DNA from: Escherichia coli
Lineage (GTDB): Bacteria > Pseudomonadota > Gammaproteobacteria > Enterobacterales > Enterobacteriaceae
Strand: one strand, 5' to 3'
Length of the DNA stretch: 64,000 nucleotides
Assembly (NCBI RefSeq): GCF_003991155.1
Contig: NZ_CP031293.1
Shown here piece by piece: positions 13,144-22,767 of the stretch. Under the pieces are notes generated by a model. That model saw only the letters and a program-made list of their open reading frames with translations, did not search any database and was not told the origin of the DNA. Numbering within the stretch: the first letter of the stretch is position 1; each line of letters begins with the position of its first letter. Made by a program: the position numbers and the translations under genes.

Positions 13144-13364
13144 TTTTCATCTCCATATATCTTGCATCCTGAATAAGACCCGATGCGTGTAAAACCACGG
13201 ATATACGCTAAGCAGTTGTCATTACTGCTACTCAATACATTCAACAAACAAATAAACAATTAACAAAAATATAAATTTTTAATATTAATGAACGCCATAA
13301 ATTCATGAAATAGATATATTGTTTGCGTTATGTTTCTTGTCAACAGGTGTATCATTTTACACGA

Positions 13365-13384
13365 TACTGTATACACATACAGTA
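13365..13384. promoter_or_regulatory. LexA operator (SOS box) TACTGTATACACATACAGTA
   Basis: Matches consensus TACTGTATATATATACAGTA at 18/20 with both CTG/CAG half-sites perfect; flanked by inverted TTTTACAC / GTGTAAAA; overlaps a candidate plus-strand sigma-70 promoter (TTTACA-16-TACAGT). Confidence 0.7.
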
Positions 13385-13680
13385 TTATTTTTACTTGTAG
13401 TGTAAAAAGATCGTTTCCCTCACAGTCGCTGACTTTCTTAAACAAACTTTAAAAATCAAATAACTACTGACTATTCCTACGATTCACCATCATCTTTTCC
13501 CTGCATAATGACGCGCTTATTCGCGAGGTCACCTTTTGCTCTTTAATTGCTGAGTGGATTTATTAGCGGGCATGTTCATTTATAGAGAATCTATTTTTTA
13601 AACTTATTTATTAAAGCTTTTTTCATTCTTCACTGGCGGGTTCTGGCGACACTAAACGCTCACTTATCAGGAGATACCGT

Positions 13681-13968
13681 ATGAAAAAAGTCACTCTTCC
13701 CCGGCTTTCCGGTTGGCTGGTCGCTTCCGTCGCGCTGTTTGTCGTGATCGGCTGGACCTCTTCAGCACAAATCCCGGTCGTCATTTATAAACTAAGCCTG
13801 GTTTCGCTTTCCGCGGTGCTGGGATACTGGCTCGATCGCAGTTTGTTCCCCTGGGCACGGCCTGACTCTTTTTGCCCCTGGAAGGAACCGCGTTGCTGCG
13901 CGGCGGCAATGATTCGCCGGGCTATCATCGTTGCTGCCGTCTGCCTTTCCGTCGCGTTAGGGCTATAG
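13681..13968 (+). CDS. Putative holin-like small membrane protein (three predicted hydrophobic segments)
   Basis: 95-aa ORF with hydrophobic helices, immediately upstream of the endolysin gene; function inferred from position. Confidence 0.45.
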   Translation: MKKVTLPRLSGWLVASVALFVVIGWTSSAQIPVVIYKLSLVSLSAVLGYWLDRSLFPWARPDSFCPWKEPRCCAAAMIRRAIIVAAVCLSVALGL

Positions 13969-13970
13969 TG

Positions 13971-14576
13971 ATGTGGCTGAAATATATCGCGTCTATGATT
14001 ATTTTCGTTCTTTTCCCACTCAACGCCTCTGAACCGCCGAGAGCCTCTCTGGCATGGCGAAACGAACTAATTCGTACAGCTCGAGAAGTCTGGGGGCTGA
14101 ATGCCCCAGTGGCCGACTTTGCCGGGCAATTACACCAGGAGTCCGCCTGGCAGCCAATGGTACGTTCCCCCGTTGGCGCACAAGGTATGGCGCAATTTAT
14201 GCCTGCTACAGCGACATGGATAAGCCAGTTGTATCCACAATTGCGTGAAAACAAACCGTATAACCCAACCTGGGCGATTCGCGCGCTGGTGCAATATGAC
14301 CAGCATTTGTGGAAAAACATCTCTGCGAAAAATGATTGTCAGCGTATGGCGTTTACCCTAAGCGCCTATAACGGCGGTCAGGGGTGGGTTAACCGGGATA
14401 AAAAACTGGCTGCATCCAAAGGGTTAGATGCCACTAGCTGGTTTGGTCATGTTGAGCAAGTCAACGCCGGGCGCAGCGCCACGAACTGGCGAGAAAATCG
14501 TCGCTATCCAAAGATGATCCTCTATCAACATGCCGCCCGCTATTTACTCTGGGGACAGGCAAGCTGTCTTCATTAA
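13971..14576 (+). CDS. Endolysin, lytic transglycosylase (SLT domain) with hydrophobic N-terminus (signal or SAR-like)
   Basis: Motifs HQESAW and GAQGMAQFMPATA typical of the SLT catalytic region; start taken at the internal ATG at 13971 just after the upstream ORF stop. Confidence 0.8.
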   Translation: MWLKYIASMIIFVLFPLNASEPPRASLAWRNELIRTAREVWGLNAPVADFAGQLHQESAWQPMVRSPVGAQGMAQFMPATATWISQLYPQLRENKPYNPTWAIRALVQYDQHLWKNISAKNDCQRMAFTLSAYNGGQGWVNRDKKLAASKGLDATSWFGHVEQVNAGRSATNWRENRRYPKMILYQHAARYLLWGQASCLH

Positions 14577-14588
14577 TCAGAGGGGCCG

Positions 14589-14903
14589 ATGAAACTCAGT
14601 ATCGATTTTTGGGAAGTGATCTCCCTTATGCTTTCCTTCGTTGGATTAATGTTTGCTGCCGGAAAACTGCTGTTAGCACAAATTGAAAAACGACTTAATG
14701 AGCGTTTTGAATCTCTGGAAAACGCGCGCCGGGAATCAGAAACAAGTTGGTCGAAACTGGAAAGAGAATTTCTCGAATTTCGTGCCGAGCTTCCGCTGCA
14801 TTATGTCCGCAGAGAAGATTATCTTCGTGGGCAAGCAGTATTAGAAGCGAAGCTGGATGCCTTATATAGCAAAATCGAGCTGTTACAACGTGGCAGTTAT
14901 TGA
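14589..14903 (+). CDS. Putative spanin-like lysis accessory protein (N-terminal TM helix plus coiled coil)
   Basis: 104-aa ORF, N-terminal hydrophobic segment followed by charged coiled-coil-like sequence; position after endolysin. Confidence 0.4.
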   Translation: MKLSIDFWEVISLMLSFVGLMFAAGKLLLAQIEKRLNERFESLENARRESETSWSKLEREFLEFRAELPLHYVRREDYLRGQAVLEAKLDALYSKIELLQRGSY

Positions 14904-14904
14904 A

Positions 14905-14941
14905 AAATCCCCACCCTTATGTAAGGGTGGGGATTTTTTTA
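14905..14941 (+). terminator. Strong rho-independent terminator (ATCCCCACCCTTatgtAAGGGTGGGGAT plus T7) between lysis cassette and tail genes
   Basis: 12-bp perfect stem followed by TTTTTTT; A-run on the other side makes it bidirectional. Confidence 0.7.
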
Positions 14942-15047
14942 ACCATTCAATTTTTTCTCTAAATCACATTAAAAGATTCTTCACCTTCGCTGCTTCAGAA
15001 TACATTTCAACGATAACGAAGTGAGCGGTAATTAAGGTACAGCCTAT

Positions 15048-15503
15048 ATGGAAATTTTATCTGTAATGAATTCTGTTGTGACCAGATTACGTGAACACAA
15101 CTCCGAAATGGATATATTTATTTCATCTAAGGATGCCCAGAAATATATTCCACAGACACAACGAGTTGCAGTGATTATTAATTATAGCGGTTCTGTCTTT
15201 GCTACGCCCGAAAGCAGTAATGCCATCGTGCAACAGCAAATACTCCGCTTAACCGCCACCGTTATTGTTGGCAAAAATTGTGATGCATTAAACGCACTTG
15301 ATCACATACGCAGCGCATTGGGTGGCCTTCAGCTTCCTGATTGCGATCGTCTTCTTTGGCTTGAAAAAGAAATTAATACGGGTGAGAGCGGCGGTTTCTG
15401 CCGCTACATCCTGGAAATGGCGACCAGCTCGCTATTTATCGCTGAACAGGAAAGCACGGATCTTCCCCTGCTTACGGAAGTTAACTACGAGGAAACTGAA
15501 TGA
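15048..15503 (+). CDS. Hypothetical tail-associated protein (first gene of tail operon; possibly tail completion/terminator)
   Basis: 151-aa ORF translationally coupled (ATGA) to the next ORF; role inferred only from position upstream of sheath. Confidence 0.5.
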   Translation: MEILSVMNSVVTRLREHNSEMDIFISSKDAQKYIPQTQRVAVIINYSGSVFATPESSNAIVQQQILRLTATVIVGKNCDALNALDHIRSALGGLQLPDCDRLLWLEKEINTGESGGFCRYILEMATSSLFIAEQESTDLPLLTEVNYEETE

Positions 15504-15697
15504 AATACATCTACAACGGCCCAGCAAGCGGCGTCACCCTTGCCGATGGACAAGAAATCTTATTGTGGCCGAACAGTGAAATTGATCTGCCAGAAGACAA
15601 CGAGTGGGTCATGACCATGATTGCCCGCAATCATCTGACTCCTGTCATCACTCAGGAAGAACAAAATAACGTAGAGGAAATTGTACATGGCAGCTAA
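15500..15697 (+). CDS. Small hypothetical protein (65 aa) preceding tail sheath
   Basis: ORF overlapping neighbours at both ends; typical of small conserved proteins upstream of Mu-like sheath genes. Confidence 0.4.
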   Translation: MKYIYNGPASGVTLADGQEILLWPNSEIDLPEDNEWVMTMIARNHLTPVITQEEQNNVEEIVHGS

Positions 15698-17111
15698 TTA
15701 TCTGCACGGTGTAGAAACTATTGAAATTGAAACCGGCCCGCGTCCGGTTAAAGCGGTAAAATCCGCCGTCATCGCTTTAATCGGTACAGCCCCCTGCGGT
15801 CCGGTAAATAAACCAACATTATGCCTTTCTGAAAGCGATGCTGCGCAGTTTGGCTCGACTCAGGCTAACTTTACGATCCCACAGGCACTGAAGGCAATTT
15901 ATGACCACGGTGCCGGTACGGTGGTGGTGATTAACGTGCTGGATCCGGCAAAACATGGCTCCAACATCAGCAATGAGAGTATCACTTTTGATGCTAACAA
16001 CCAGGCGAAGCTCGCTCACCGCAATGTGCGTAACGTGGTACTAAAGCCCTCTTCATCAAATTCATCAACCTTTAACACCGCAGCATTTAGCGTAGATGAA
16101 CAAACAGGCATAATTACCCGTAAAGGAGCCGACATTCCTCCTGGTGCGAAAGTTTGTGCCTATTATTCCTGGTGCGACCCTACAAAGGTCACCGCAGCCG
16201 ATATTATCGGTACCGTAAATACCGCAGGCGACCGCACGGGGATGAAACTGCTACAGGACACCTATAACCTGTATGGTTTCTACGCCAAAATCCTGCTTGC
16301 TCCCGTGTTCTGTACGCAAAAATCAGTAACTACAGAGCTGATTGCACAAGCGGAAAAACTTGGTGCGATTACCTACATTGATGCCCCGATTGGGACGACA
16401 TTCCAGCAGGTATTGGCAGGACGCGGTTCGCAAGGGGCTATCAACTTCAACACCAGCTCTGATCGTGCGCGTTTATGTTACCCACACGTCAAAGTTTACG
16501 ATGGCATCACTAACCAGGAAGTTCTCGAACCGCTCTCTTCGCGCGCTGCCGGGCTACGTGCCAAAGTAGACCTCGAAAAAGGTTTCTGGTGGAGCAACTC
16601 AAACCAAGAAATTCAGGGTATTACCGGTATTGAACGTTCGCTTTCCGCAATGATTGATGATCCACAAAGCGAAGTGAATCAGCTAAACGAAAACGGCATT
16701 ACCACTATTTTCAATAGTTACGGCTCTGGTCTGCGCTTGTGGGGCAACCGCACTGCAGCGTGGCCTACCGTGACCCATATGCGTAACTTTGAAAACGTCC
16801 GCCGGACAGGCGATGTAATTAATGAGTCAATCCGTTATTTCAGTCAGCAGTATATTGATATGCCGATTAATCAGGCGCTGATTGATGCCCTGACCGAATC
16901 GGTAAATACCTGGGGCCGTAAGCTGATTGCCGACGGCGCACTGCTTGGCTTTGAATGCTGGTACGATCCGGCGCGAAATTCACCGACTGAACTCAGCGCT
17001 GGGCATTTATTGCTGAGCTATAAATTCACCCCACCGCCGCCGCTGGAACGTCTGACGTTTGAAACTGAAATTACTTCTGAATATTTAGTCTCTCTGGAGA
17101 GCAATAGCTAA
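15687..17111 (+). CDS. Contractile phage tail sheath protein
   Basis: About 474-aa ORF starting MAANYLHGVETIEIETGPRPV...; size and N-terminal motif typical of Mu gpL / P2 FI-type sheath proteins; RBS GAGGAAA upstream of the ATG at 15687. Confidence 0.85.
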   Translation: MAANYLHGVETIEIETGPRPVKAVKSAVIALIGTAPCGPVNKPTLCLSESDAAQFGSTQANFTIPQALKAIYDHGAGTVVVINVLDPAKHGSNISNESITFDANNQAKLAHRNVRNVVLKPSSSNSSTFNTAAFSVDEQTGIITRKGADIPPGAKVCAYYSWCDPTKVTAADIIGTVNTAGDRTGMKLLQDTYNLYGFYAKILLAPVFCTQKSVTTELIAQAEKLGAITYIDAPIGTTFQQVLAGRGSQGAINFNTSSDRARLCYPHVKVYDGITNQEVLEPLSSRAAGLRAKVDLEKGFWWSNSNQEIQGITGIERSLSAMIDDPQSEVNQLNENGITTIFNSYGSGLRLWGNRTAAWPTVTHMRNFENVRRTGDVINESIRYFSQQYIDMPINQALIDALTESVNTWGRKLIADGALLGFECWYDPARNSPTELSAGHLLLSYKFTPPPPLERLTFETEITSEYLVSLESNS

Positions 17112-17635
17112 TGGCTGGAAAAATTCAAATTAACCGTATTACCAACGCCAATATTTATCTCGATGGTAATAACCTTTTAGGTCGTGCAACCGAAATTAAA
17201 TTGCCGGATGTCAGTTTAATTATGCAGGAGCATAAAGCACTGGGCATGGTGGGTAAAATCGAACTCCCGGCGGGTTTCGATAAACTGGAGGGCGAAATTA
17301 AATGGAACTCCTTCTATCAGGACGTAATGCGTAAAACGGCAAACCCGTGGCAGGCGGTTGCATTACAGTGCCGCTCCAGTATTGATTGCTATAACTCCCA
17401 GGGGAAAGCGAATCAATTAGCGCTAGTGACACATTTAACCGTGATGTTTAAAAAGAATCCACTGGGCACATTTAAACAGAATGAAAACCCGGAATTCAGC
17501 AGCGCCTTTGGTTGCACTTATATTAAACAAGTAGTTGATGGTGAAACGCTGCTTGAACTTGATTATATGGCCAATATTTTCCGGGTTAATGGTGTGGATC
17601 AATTAAGTACCTATCGCAATAACATCGGTGGCTAA
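17111..17635 (+). CDS. Phage tail tube protein
   Basis: 174-aa ORF directly following sheath (TAATG overlap); sheath-tube order conserved in contractile tails. Confidence 0.8.
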   Translation: MAGKIQINRITNANIYLDGNNLLGRATEIKLPDVSLIMQEHKALGMVGKIELPAGFDKLEGEIKWNSFYQDVMRKTANPWQAVALQCRSSIDCYNSQGKANQLALVTHLTVMFKKNPLGTFKQNENPEFSSAFGCTYIKQVVDGETLLELDYMANIFRVNGVDQLSTYRNNIGG

Positions 17636-17685
17636 GTTATTCGGGGCTACGGCCCCGAACTTTGCAAAATAAATAAGGACACAAA

Positions 17686-18003
17686 ATGAAAGAACATTAT
17701 ATCTTACAGTTCCCGTTTACTTCAGCGGCGGGAGACGTAATTAACACTCTGCAATTACGTCGCCTGAAAGTAAAAGATATGCGCAACGCGCGCCGGATCA
17801 GCGAAAAACCTGAAGAGTGGGATGAACCGCTAATGGCGGCAATGACCGGACTGGTGCCAGAAGATTTAGCTGAAATGGATTTGCTGGATTACCAGGCATT
17901 GCAGAAACGATTTCAATCCATGCTTAGCGTGGCTACAGAATCCGCCACTGTTATGGCAAGCGATGGCGTTACTGGCGAGATGGTTTCGCTTTCCACCCAG
18001 TGA
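17686..18003 (+). CDS. Putative tail assembly chaperone (gpE-like position)
   Basis: 105-aa acidic ORF between tube and tape measure genes. Confidence 0.5.
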   Translation: MKEHYILQFPFTSAAGDVINTLQLRRLKVKDMRNARRISEKPEEWDEPLMAAMTGLVPEDLAEMDLLDYQALQKRFQSMLSVATESATVMASDGVTGEMVSLSTQ

Positions 18004-18192
18004 GATAGACGCCCTTACCGTCGATGACTTTAGCAACTGGCTGGATGAAGCCAGCGCCCAAATAAAAATCGAATATGACTCGCAGACCTGATGTCTGCGA
18101 GTTTCCCAAGCCCGTCAGGTTTATTTCTTCCCTGCCCCTTTTTTTAGAAAAATAACCAGCGGGCCATTATCAATATTTAAAGAGAAACAATT

Positions 18193-20568
18193 TTGGCCAA
18201 CGATATTATTACCCAGCTTCAGGCGCGTAATGAGACGTTGACGCAGGCAATAGCCCGTTACGGCTCACTCAACGCCAGAACATTGTTAACTCTCTCTACT
18301 CAGCAGGCGACAGTTATCAAACTAACGCAGCAGCTTGCCGATTCCGCTCTCCGCCTGGAGGAAAATAGCCGCAGCCGCGCTAATCTGATGGAGAAAACCC
18401 AAACATTTGCCGGGCAATTTAGCAAAGTATTCAATGTTGAAGCCCCCGACTGGAAGTTGCCGTATGAGTTTCAGGACAACATGGTCAATATGGCGACCAA
18501 AGGTGGGATGAATGCTACAACCCGCGAGACGCTCAGCCTTAATCTGCGCGACTGGAGCATGGATTTTAACCAGCAGCAGACCACCTTACAGAACGCAGCC
18601 CAAACGCTGATCGAAGGCAATTTGTCGTCGATACAGGATCTCAACCGTTATATGCCGGAGATCGCCAAAGCTGCCACCGCCACGCGCGAAAGTGCTGAAA
18701 CATGGGCGAATGCCGCGCTCGCAACCCATGATCGACTGAATATTGCCCCGGAAAATTTCCACGCCGCGCAAAACATGATGTACGGCATTAGCAAAAGCGG
18801 TGGGCCTGCCATTGCTGAACAAACGCAGTGGATAGAGAAATTTGCAGGTAAAACCGGCGCTCAGGGTCTGGAAGGTATGGCTGAACTGACCGCCACCATG
18901 CAGATCGCCATGAAAAACGGGGCCAGCGCCAGTGCGGCGGCGGAGAATTTCGACCACTTTCTGCAAACCACCTTTTCGAAAAAAACCGATTACTGGTTCG
19001 TCAGCCAGGGCGTTGATCTGCAAGGCTCTCTGCTTGAGCATCAGCAAAACGGTATGGGTGTTAGCGAAGCCATGACTCATATCGTGCAAATGCAGCTTGA
19101 GAAGATGAATCCGGCGATCCTCGACACCTTCAAACGCACCATGCAGATCGAAGATTTATCTGCCCGCAGCAATGCGCTGCAATCGATGGTGACGCAGTTT
19201 AATCTGGGGGAAATGTTCGGCGATGCGCAAACAGTGGAATTCCTGGCCCCTATGCTGGCGAATATGGAGGAATATCGCCAGTTAAAAGCCTCTGCCATGC
19301 AAGCCACCAGCAAGAATCTGATTGATGCCGACTTTTCTGCGCAAATGGCCTCGCCCATTGAACAGACTAAAGCGTTACAGCTGGCGTTAAATGATTTATG
19401 GCTCAGCATTGGCTTGCAATTAATGCCGCTGATTGGCGAGCTGGCACAAAGCCTTACGCCGGTTATTCGTCAGTTCAGCGCCTGGCTACGTGAGCACCCG
19501 ACACTGGTGCAAAACATCGCGAAAATCGTCGGGGCGATTTGGCTGTTTAACGGTGCGCTGAATGTTTTAAAGCTGGGCGCGAACCTCATCACCTCGCCGT
19601 TTATTCGTCTGGTCGATATCTTCCTGAAAGTCAAGGCAAGTCTGGCGCTCACAGGCGGGGCAAGTAAGATGCTATCAGCGGTTAAGTCATTGGGTGGCGG
19701 CGCAAAATGGCTAACGCAACTGCTTGGTCGTGGCCTGATTGGAACATTGAAACTGGTTGGTCGGACCGTTCTCTCACTAGGCCGGGTGCTACTGATGAAT
19801 CCCATTGGTCTGGTCATCACTGCGATTGCGGGCGCTGCTTATCTGATTTATCGCAACTGGGAGCCTATCTCCAGGTTCTTTTCGACCATCTGGCAACGTA
19901 TCACCACGGCCTTTGACGGCGGCATTGCAGGAATTTGTCGGTTGATTCTCGACTGGTCACCGCTGGAGTTGTTCTATAGCGCCTTTTCCAGTGTGATGAA
20001 TTGGTTTGGTGTCGAGATGCCTGCAAGTTTTAGCGAGTTCGGCAGCAATCTTCTGGGCAGTCTGGTTGACGGCATAATGAATGCCTTCCCCGCTCTGAAA
20101 GGCATTATTGATCAGGTAAAAAACGCCATCCCAGACTGGCTAAAAACCACGATGGGTATTAGTACAGAAGGATCGGCTACAGCTATTACAAGCACGACTA
20201 ATACCGCATCCGTCTCCCCCGCGACCGTTGTTCCAGGCGTTGCCGGTGCGATTTTAACGCCGCCGGTGGGCAAACAACTCGCGCCATCCGGCAAAACGGC
20301 TACGCCGTCATCGGCGCCAGCGGCAAAAAATACAGCCGCCAAACCCGTATCTGCCTCTTTACCTGGTAAATCCGTAACCAAAGCGGCGACGCTACCTTCC
20401 CGTTCCTCAGGAAAAGTTCAGGTGAATTTTTCGCCACAAATTACCGTGCAGGGTAACGGACAAAACACCACTAAAGAGATTCAGAACGTGTTGACGATGA
20501 GTAAACGCGAACTGGAAAGAATGATTAACGATGTAATGGCGCAGCAGCAGCGCCGGGGGTATGCCTAA
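18193..20568 (+). CDS. Tail tape measure protein
   Basis: 791-aa ORF, alpha-helical and Ala/Gln-rich with central hydrophobic segments; position after chaperone; start codon uncertain (TTG at 18193 in track). Confidence 0.8.
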   Translation: MANDIITQLQARNETLTQAIARYGSLNARTLLTLSTQQATVIKLTQQLADSALRLEENSRSRANLMEKTQTFAGQFSKVFNVEAPDWKLPYEFQDNMVNMATKGGMNATTRETLSLNLRDWSMDFNQQQTTLQNAAQTLIEGNLSSIQDLNRYMPEIAKAATATRESAETWANAALATHDRLNIAPENFHAAQNMMYGISKSGGPAIAEQTQWIEKFAGKTGAQGLEGMAELTATMQIAMKNGASASAAAENFDHFLQTTFSKKTDYWFVSQGVDLQGSLLEHQQNGMGVSEAMTHIVQMQLEKMNPAILDTFKRTMQIEDLSARSNALQSMVTQFNLGEMFGDAQTVEFLAPMLANMEEYRQLKASAMQATSKNLIDADFSAQMASPIEQTKALQLALNDLWLSIGLQLMPLIGELAQSLTPVIRQFSAWLREHPTLVQNIAKIVGAIWLFNGALNVLKLGANLITSPFIRLVDIFLKVKASLALTGGASKMLSAVKSLGGGAKWLTQLLGRGLIGTLKLVGRTVLSLGRVLLMNPIGLVITAIAGAAYLIYRNWEPISRFFSTIWQRITTAFDGGIAGICRLILDWSPLELFYSAFSSVMNWFGVEMPASFSEFGSNLLGSLVDGIMNAFPALKGIIDQVKNAIPDWLKTTMGISTEGSATAITSTTNTASVSPATVVPGVAGAILTPPVGKQLAPSGKTATPSSAPAAKNTAAKPVSASLPGKSVTKAATLPSRSSGKVQVNFSPQITVQGNGQNTTKEIQNVLTMSKRELERMINDVMAQQQRRGYA

Positions 20569-21521
20569 TGTATGCCGTTTTAGGAGAGATTGAATTTAAG
20601 GTTGTCACATTCTGGGACGGCTTTAAAAGCACAATGGGCGTGGATTACGCCACACATGCCCGTATAGAAGGCAAACCCGGCGTGCAGTTTATTGGCGATA
20701 AGCTGGATATGCTGGCGCTGGAATTTTCCCTGCACAGCCAGTTTTGCCAGCCCACAACAGAGCTGAACCGACTGCGTGAAGCCATGCTTGCTCACAAGGC
20801 GATGGCACTGGTATTTGGCAATGGCGATTATCGCGGCTGGTTTGTGATTACGGAGCTAACCGCCACCCACCAGCACACCGATCCCTGGGGCAATGTGATT
20901 GCCCAAAACGGAACGATGTCGCTCCAGGAGTACACCGGCGATCCTAAAAATCCACTTTTACCTCCGGCGATTACCACCCAGGAGCCCAACATCGAGGAAA
21001 AGGCGAGCGATTTTCCCGACAAGGTGGAGTCCTGGTTTGATCAGATATTAAACGCCATTGAAGAAGGTATGCGTAAGGCCAAAGAGATGCTGGATGAACT
21101 GACACAATCCATTGAAGATATTAAAAAAACGGTGGCAAAAGTGAAAGCAATGATTAAAGAGGCCAAAGCGTTAAAAGAAAAGTGTGAAAAGATAATTACG
21201 TCATTGAAAAAGACAATCGACGCCATCGAAACCCTGTTTAAACAGCCAATGGATCTGCAAACGCTGGCAGGCCTACCAAAAGCGTTGTCGGCGCAGATTA
21301 AAGCTTTACTGGGTAACATGCCAGGTATCCGGGACTGCGCCAATGACGCCAGTACGCTGGTTGACCATGCTCAGGCGCTTTTCGACGACATTACCAGCGA
21401 CATCGCCGAAGCGACGTTCGATAAAGCCACGTCGTTGGTTGAGCAGGCACGTACAACGGTACAACAAACCACTCCCGCAGTGAGCCAGCTTGCTGCCGTA
21501 ACCATTACCAGGAGCTGGTAA
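20568..21521 (+). CDS. Tail protein, P2 gpU-like N-terminal domain with coiled-coil C-terminal extension
   Basis: N-terminal region (ARIEGKPGVQFIG...WFVITELTATHQHT) resembles the P2 gpU / Mu N N-terminal family; overlaps TMP stop. Confidence 0.7.
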   Translation: MYAVLGEIEFKVVTFWDGFKSTMGVDYATHARIEGKPGVQFIGDKLDMLALEFSLHSQFCQPTTELNRLREAMLAHKAMALVFGNGDYRGWFVITELTATHQHTDPWGNVIAQNGTMSLQEYTGDPKNPLLPPAITTQEPNIEEKASDFPDKVESWFDQILNAIEEGMRKAKEMLDELTQSIEDIKKTVAKVKAMIKEAKALKEKCEKIITSLKKTIDAIETLFKQPMDLQTLAGLPKALSAQIKALLGNMPGIRDCANDASTLVDHAQALFDDITSDIAEATFDKATSLVEQARTTVQQTTPAVSQLAAVTITRSW

Positions 21522-21730
21522 TGCGATACCTTGAACATATCACCACCGATGGCGAACGCTGGGATAACCTGGCATGGCATTACTACGGTGATGCGCTGGC
21601 TTATGAACGCATAATCGCCGCCAATCCACATGTAGCCATTTACCCGGTACTGCCTTCCGGTATTCAGCTCATTATTCCGGTCATTTCCGTTAATAAAACC
21701 TTATCGGAGATCCCACCATGGCTGAGATGA
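21521..21730 (+). CDS. Tail protein X-like (small LysM-like tail protein)
   Basis: 69-aa ORF with AANP...LP.G pattern as in P2 gpX; located between U-like and D-like genes as in R-type pyocin clusters. Confidence 0.7.
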   Translation: MRYLEHITTDGERWDNLAWHYYGDALAYERIIAANPHVAIYPVLPSGIQLIIPVISVNKTLSEIPPWLR

Positions 21731-22758
21731 GCGTAACTGGTGGCGTCTTTGCCACACTCACGCCCATTTTTACCCTCTGGTATGGGCATAAAGATATCAC
21801 TTATGACATCACACCCTATGTCACCAGCATCAGTTACCACGACAGCATCAAAAACGAGTCGGATACCATCGCAATTACACTGGATGACACAGATGGACGC
21901 TGGATAAAAGAGTGGTATCCCGGCAAAGGCGATACGCTGGCGCTGCATATAGGTTATCAGGGGGAAAAGCTGCTCGATTGTGGCCAGTATATTATTGATA
22001 AAATTGATATTTCAGCGCCACCTTCCACGGTAAATATTGATGGCATCGCCACTTCCGTCAATCAGGCGCTGCGCACCCGTAACAGCCAGGGCTTTGAAGA
22101 AACGACGCTTTCGGCGATCGCCAGCCGTATTGCCCAAACGCACGGTCTGAAACTGGTGGGCAAAATCGAGTCGCTCACCATCGACCGGGTAACGCAGTAT
22201 GGTGAAACCGATGTCGGATTTCTCAAACGTCTGGCCAGTGAATATGGTTATGCCGTAAAAGTGACGACAAAAGAGCTGATTTTTTCACATTTACCCACGC
22301 TGCGCTGCCTGACGCCTGTGAAAAAGATCGATCGCAAAGAGGTTTCTCATTTTACCTTCAAAGACACCATTAACCGGATCTACAAGAACGCCACCGTACA
22401 GCATCAAAATAGTAAGAAAAAAGAACTGGTTATCTACACTCACAACAGCCAGCAAAAACCATCTGTCCGTGGAGTCGGCACTAGTGCCGACACGCTAAAA
22501 CTGAACAGTCGGGCGACGGACGTTGGCGCAGCACAGGCAAAGGCTAACGCTGCACTCGACAGCCACAACGAATATCAGCAAACCGGAACGCTCACAATGA
22601 TGGGCTGCCCGGAACTGACGGCGGGCAATAAAATTGAACTGACCGATTTTGGCGTGATTTCCGGTCAGTGGCTGATTGATAAATCTACTCACAGTTTTGT
22701 GCGCAGCGGCTATACCACTGAAATCGACGTGTCACGCGGGCCAGCGACCAGCCAGTAA
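21718..22758 (+). CDS. Phage late control D-like / Mu gpP-like tail (baseplate hub) protein
   Basis: 346-aa ORF in the conserved U-X-D position. Confidence 0.75.
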   Translation: MAEMSVTGGVFATLTPIFTLWYGHKDITYDITPYVTSISYHDSIKNESDTIAITLDDTDGRWIKEWYPGKGDTLALHIGYQGEKLLDCGQYIIDKIDISAPPSTVNIDGIATSVNQALRTRNSQGFEETTLSAIASRIAQTHGLKLVGKIESLTIDRVTQYGETDVGFLKRLASEYGYAVKVTTKELIFSHLPTLRCLTPVKKIDRKEVSHFTFKDTINRIYKNATVQHQNSKKKELVIYTHNSQQKPSVRGVGTSADTLKLNSRATDVGAAQAKANAALDSHNEYQQTGTLTMMGCPELTAGNKIELTDFGVISGQWLIDKSTHSFVRSGYTTEIDVSRGPATSQ

Positions 22759-22767
22759 GGAGGAAAT

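Noticed and set aside
13260-13445. 61-aa minus-strand ORF overlapping the LexA box
   Set aside because: Extremely AT-rich, hydrophobic/low-complexity translation, no RBS; the region is better explained as a regulatory intergenic region.
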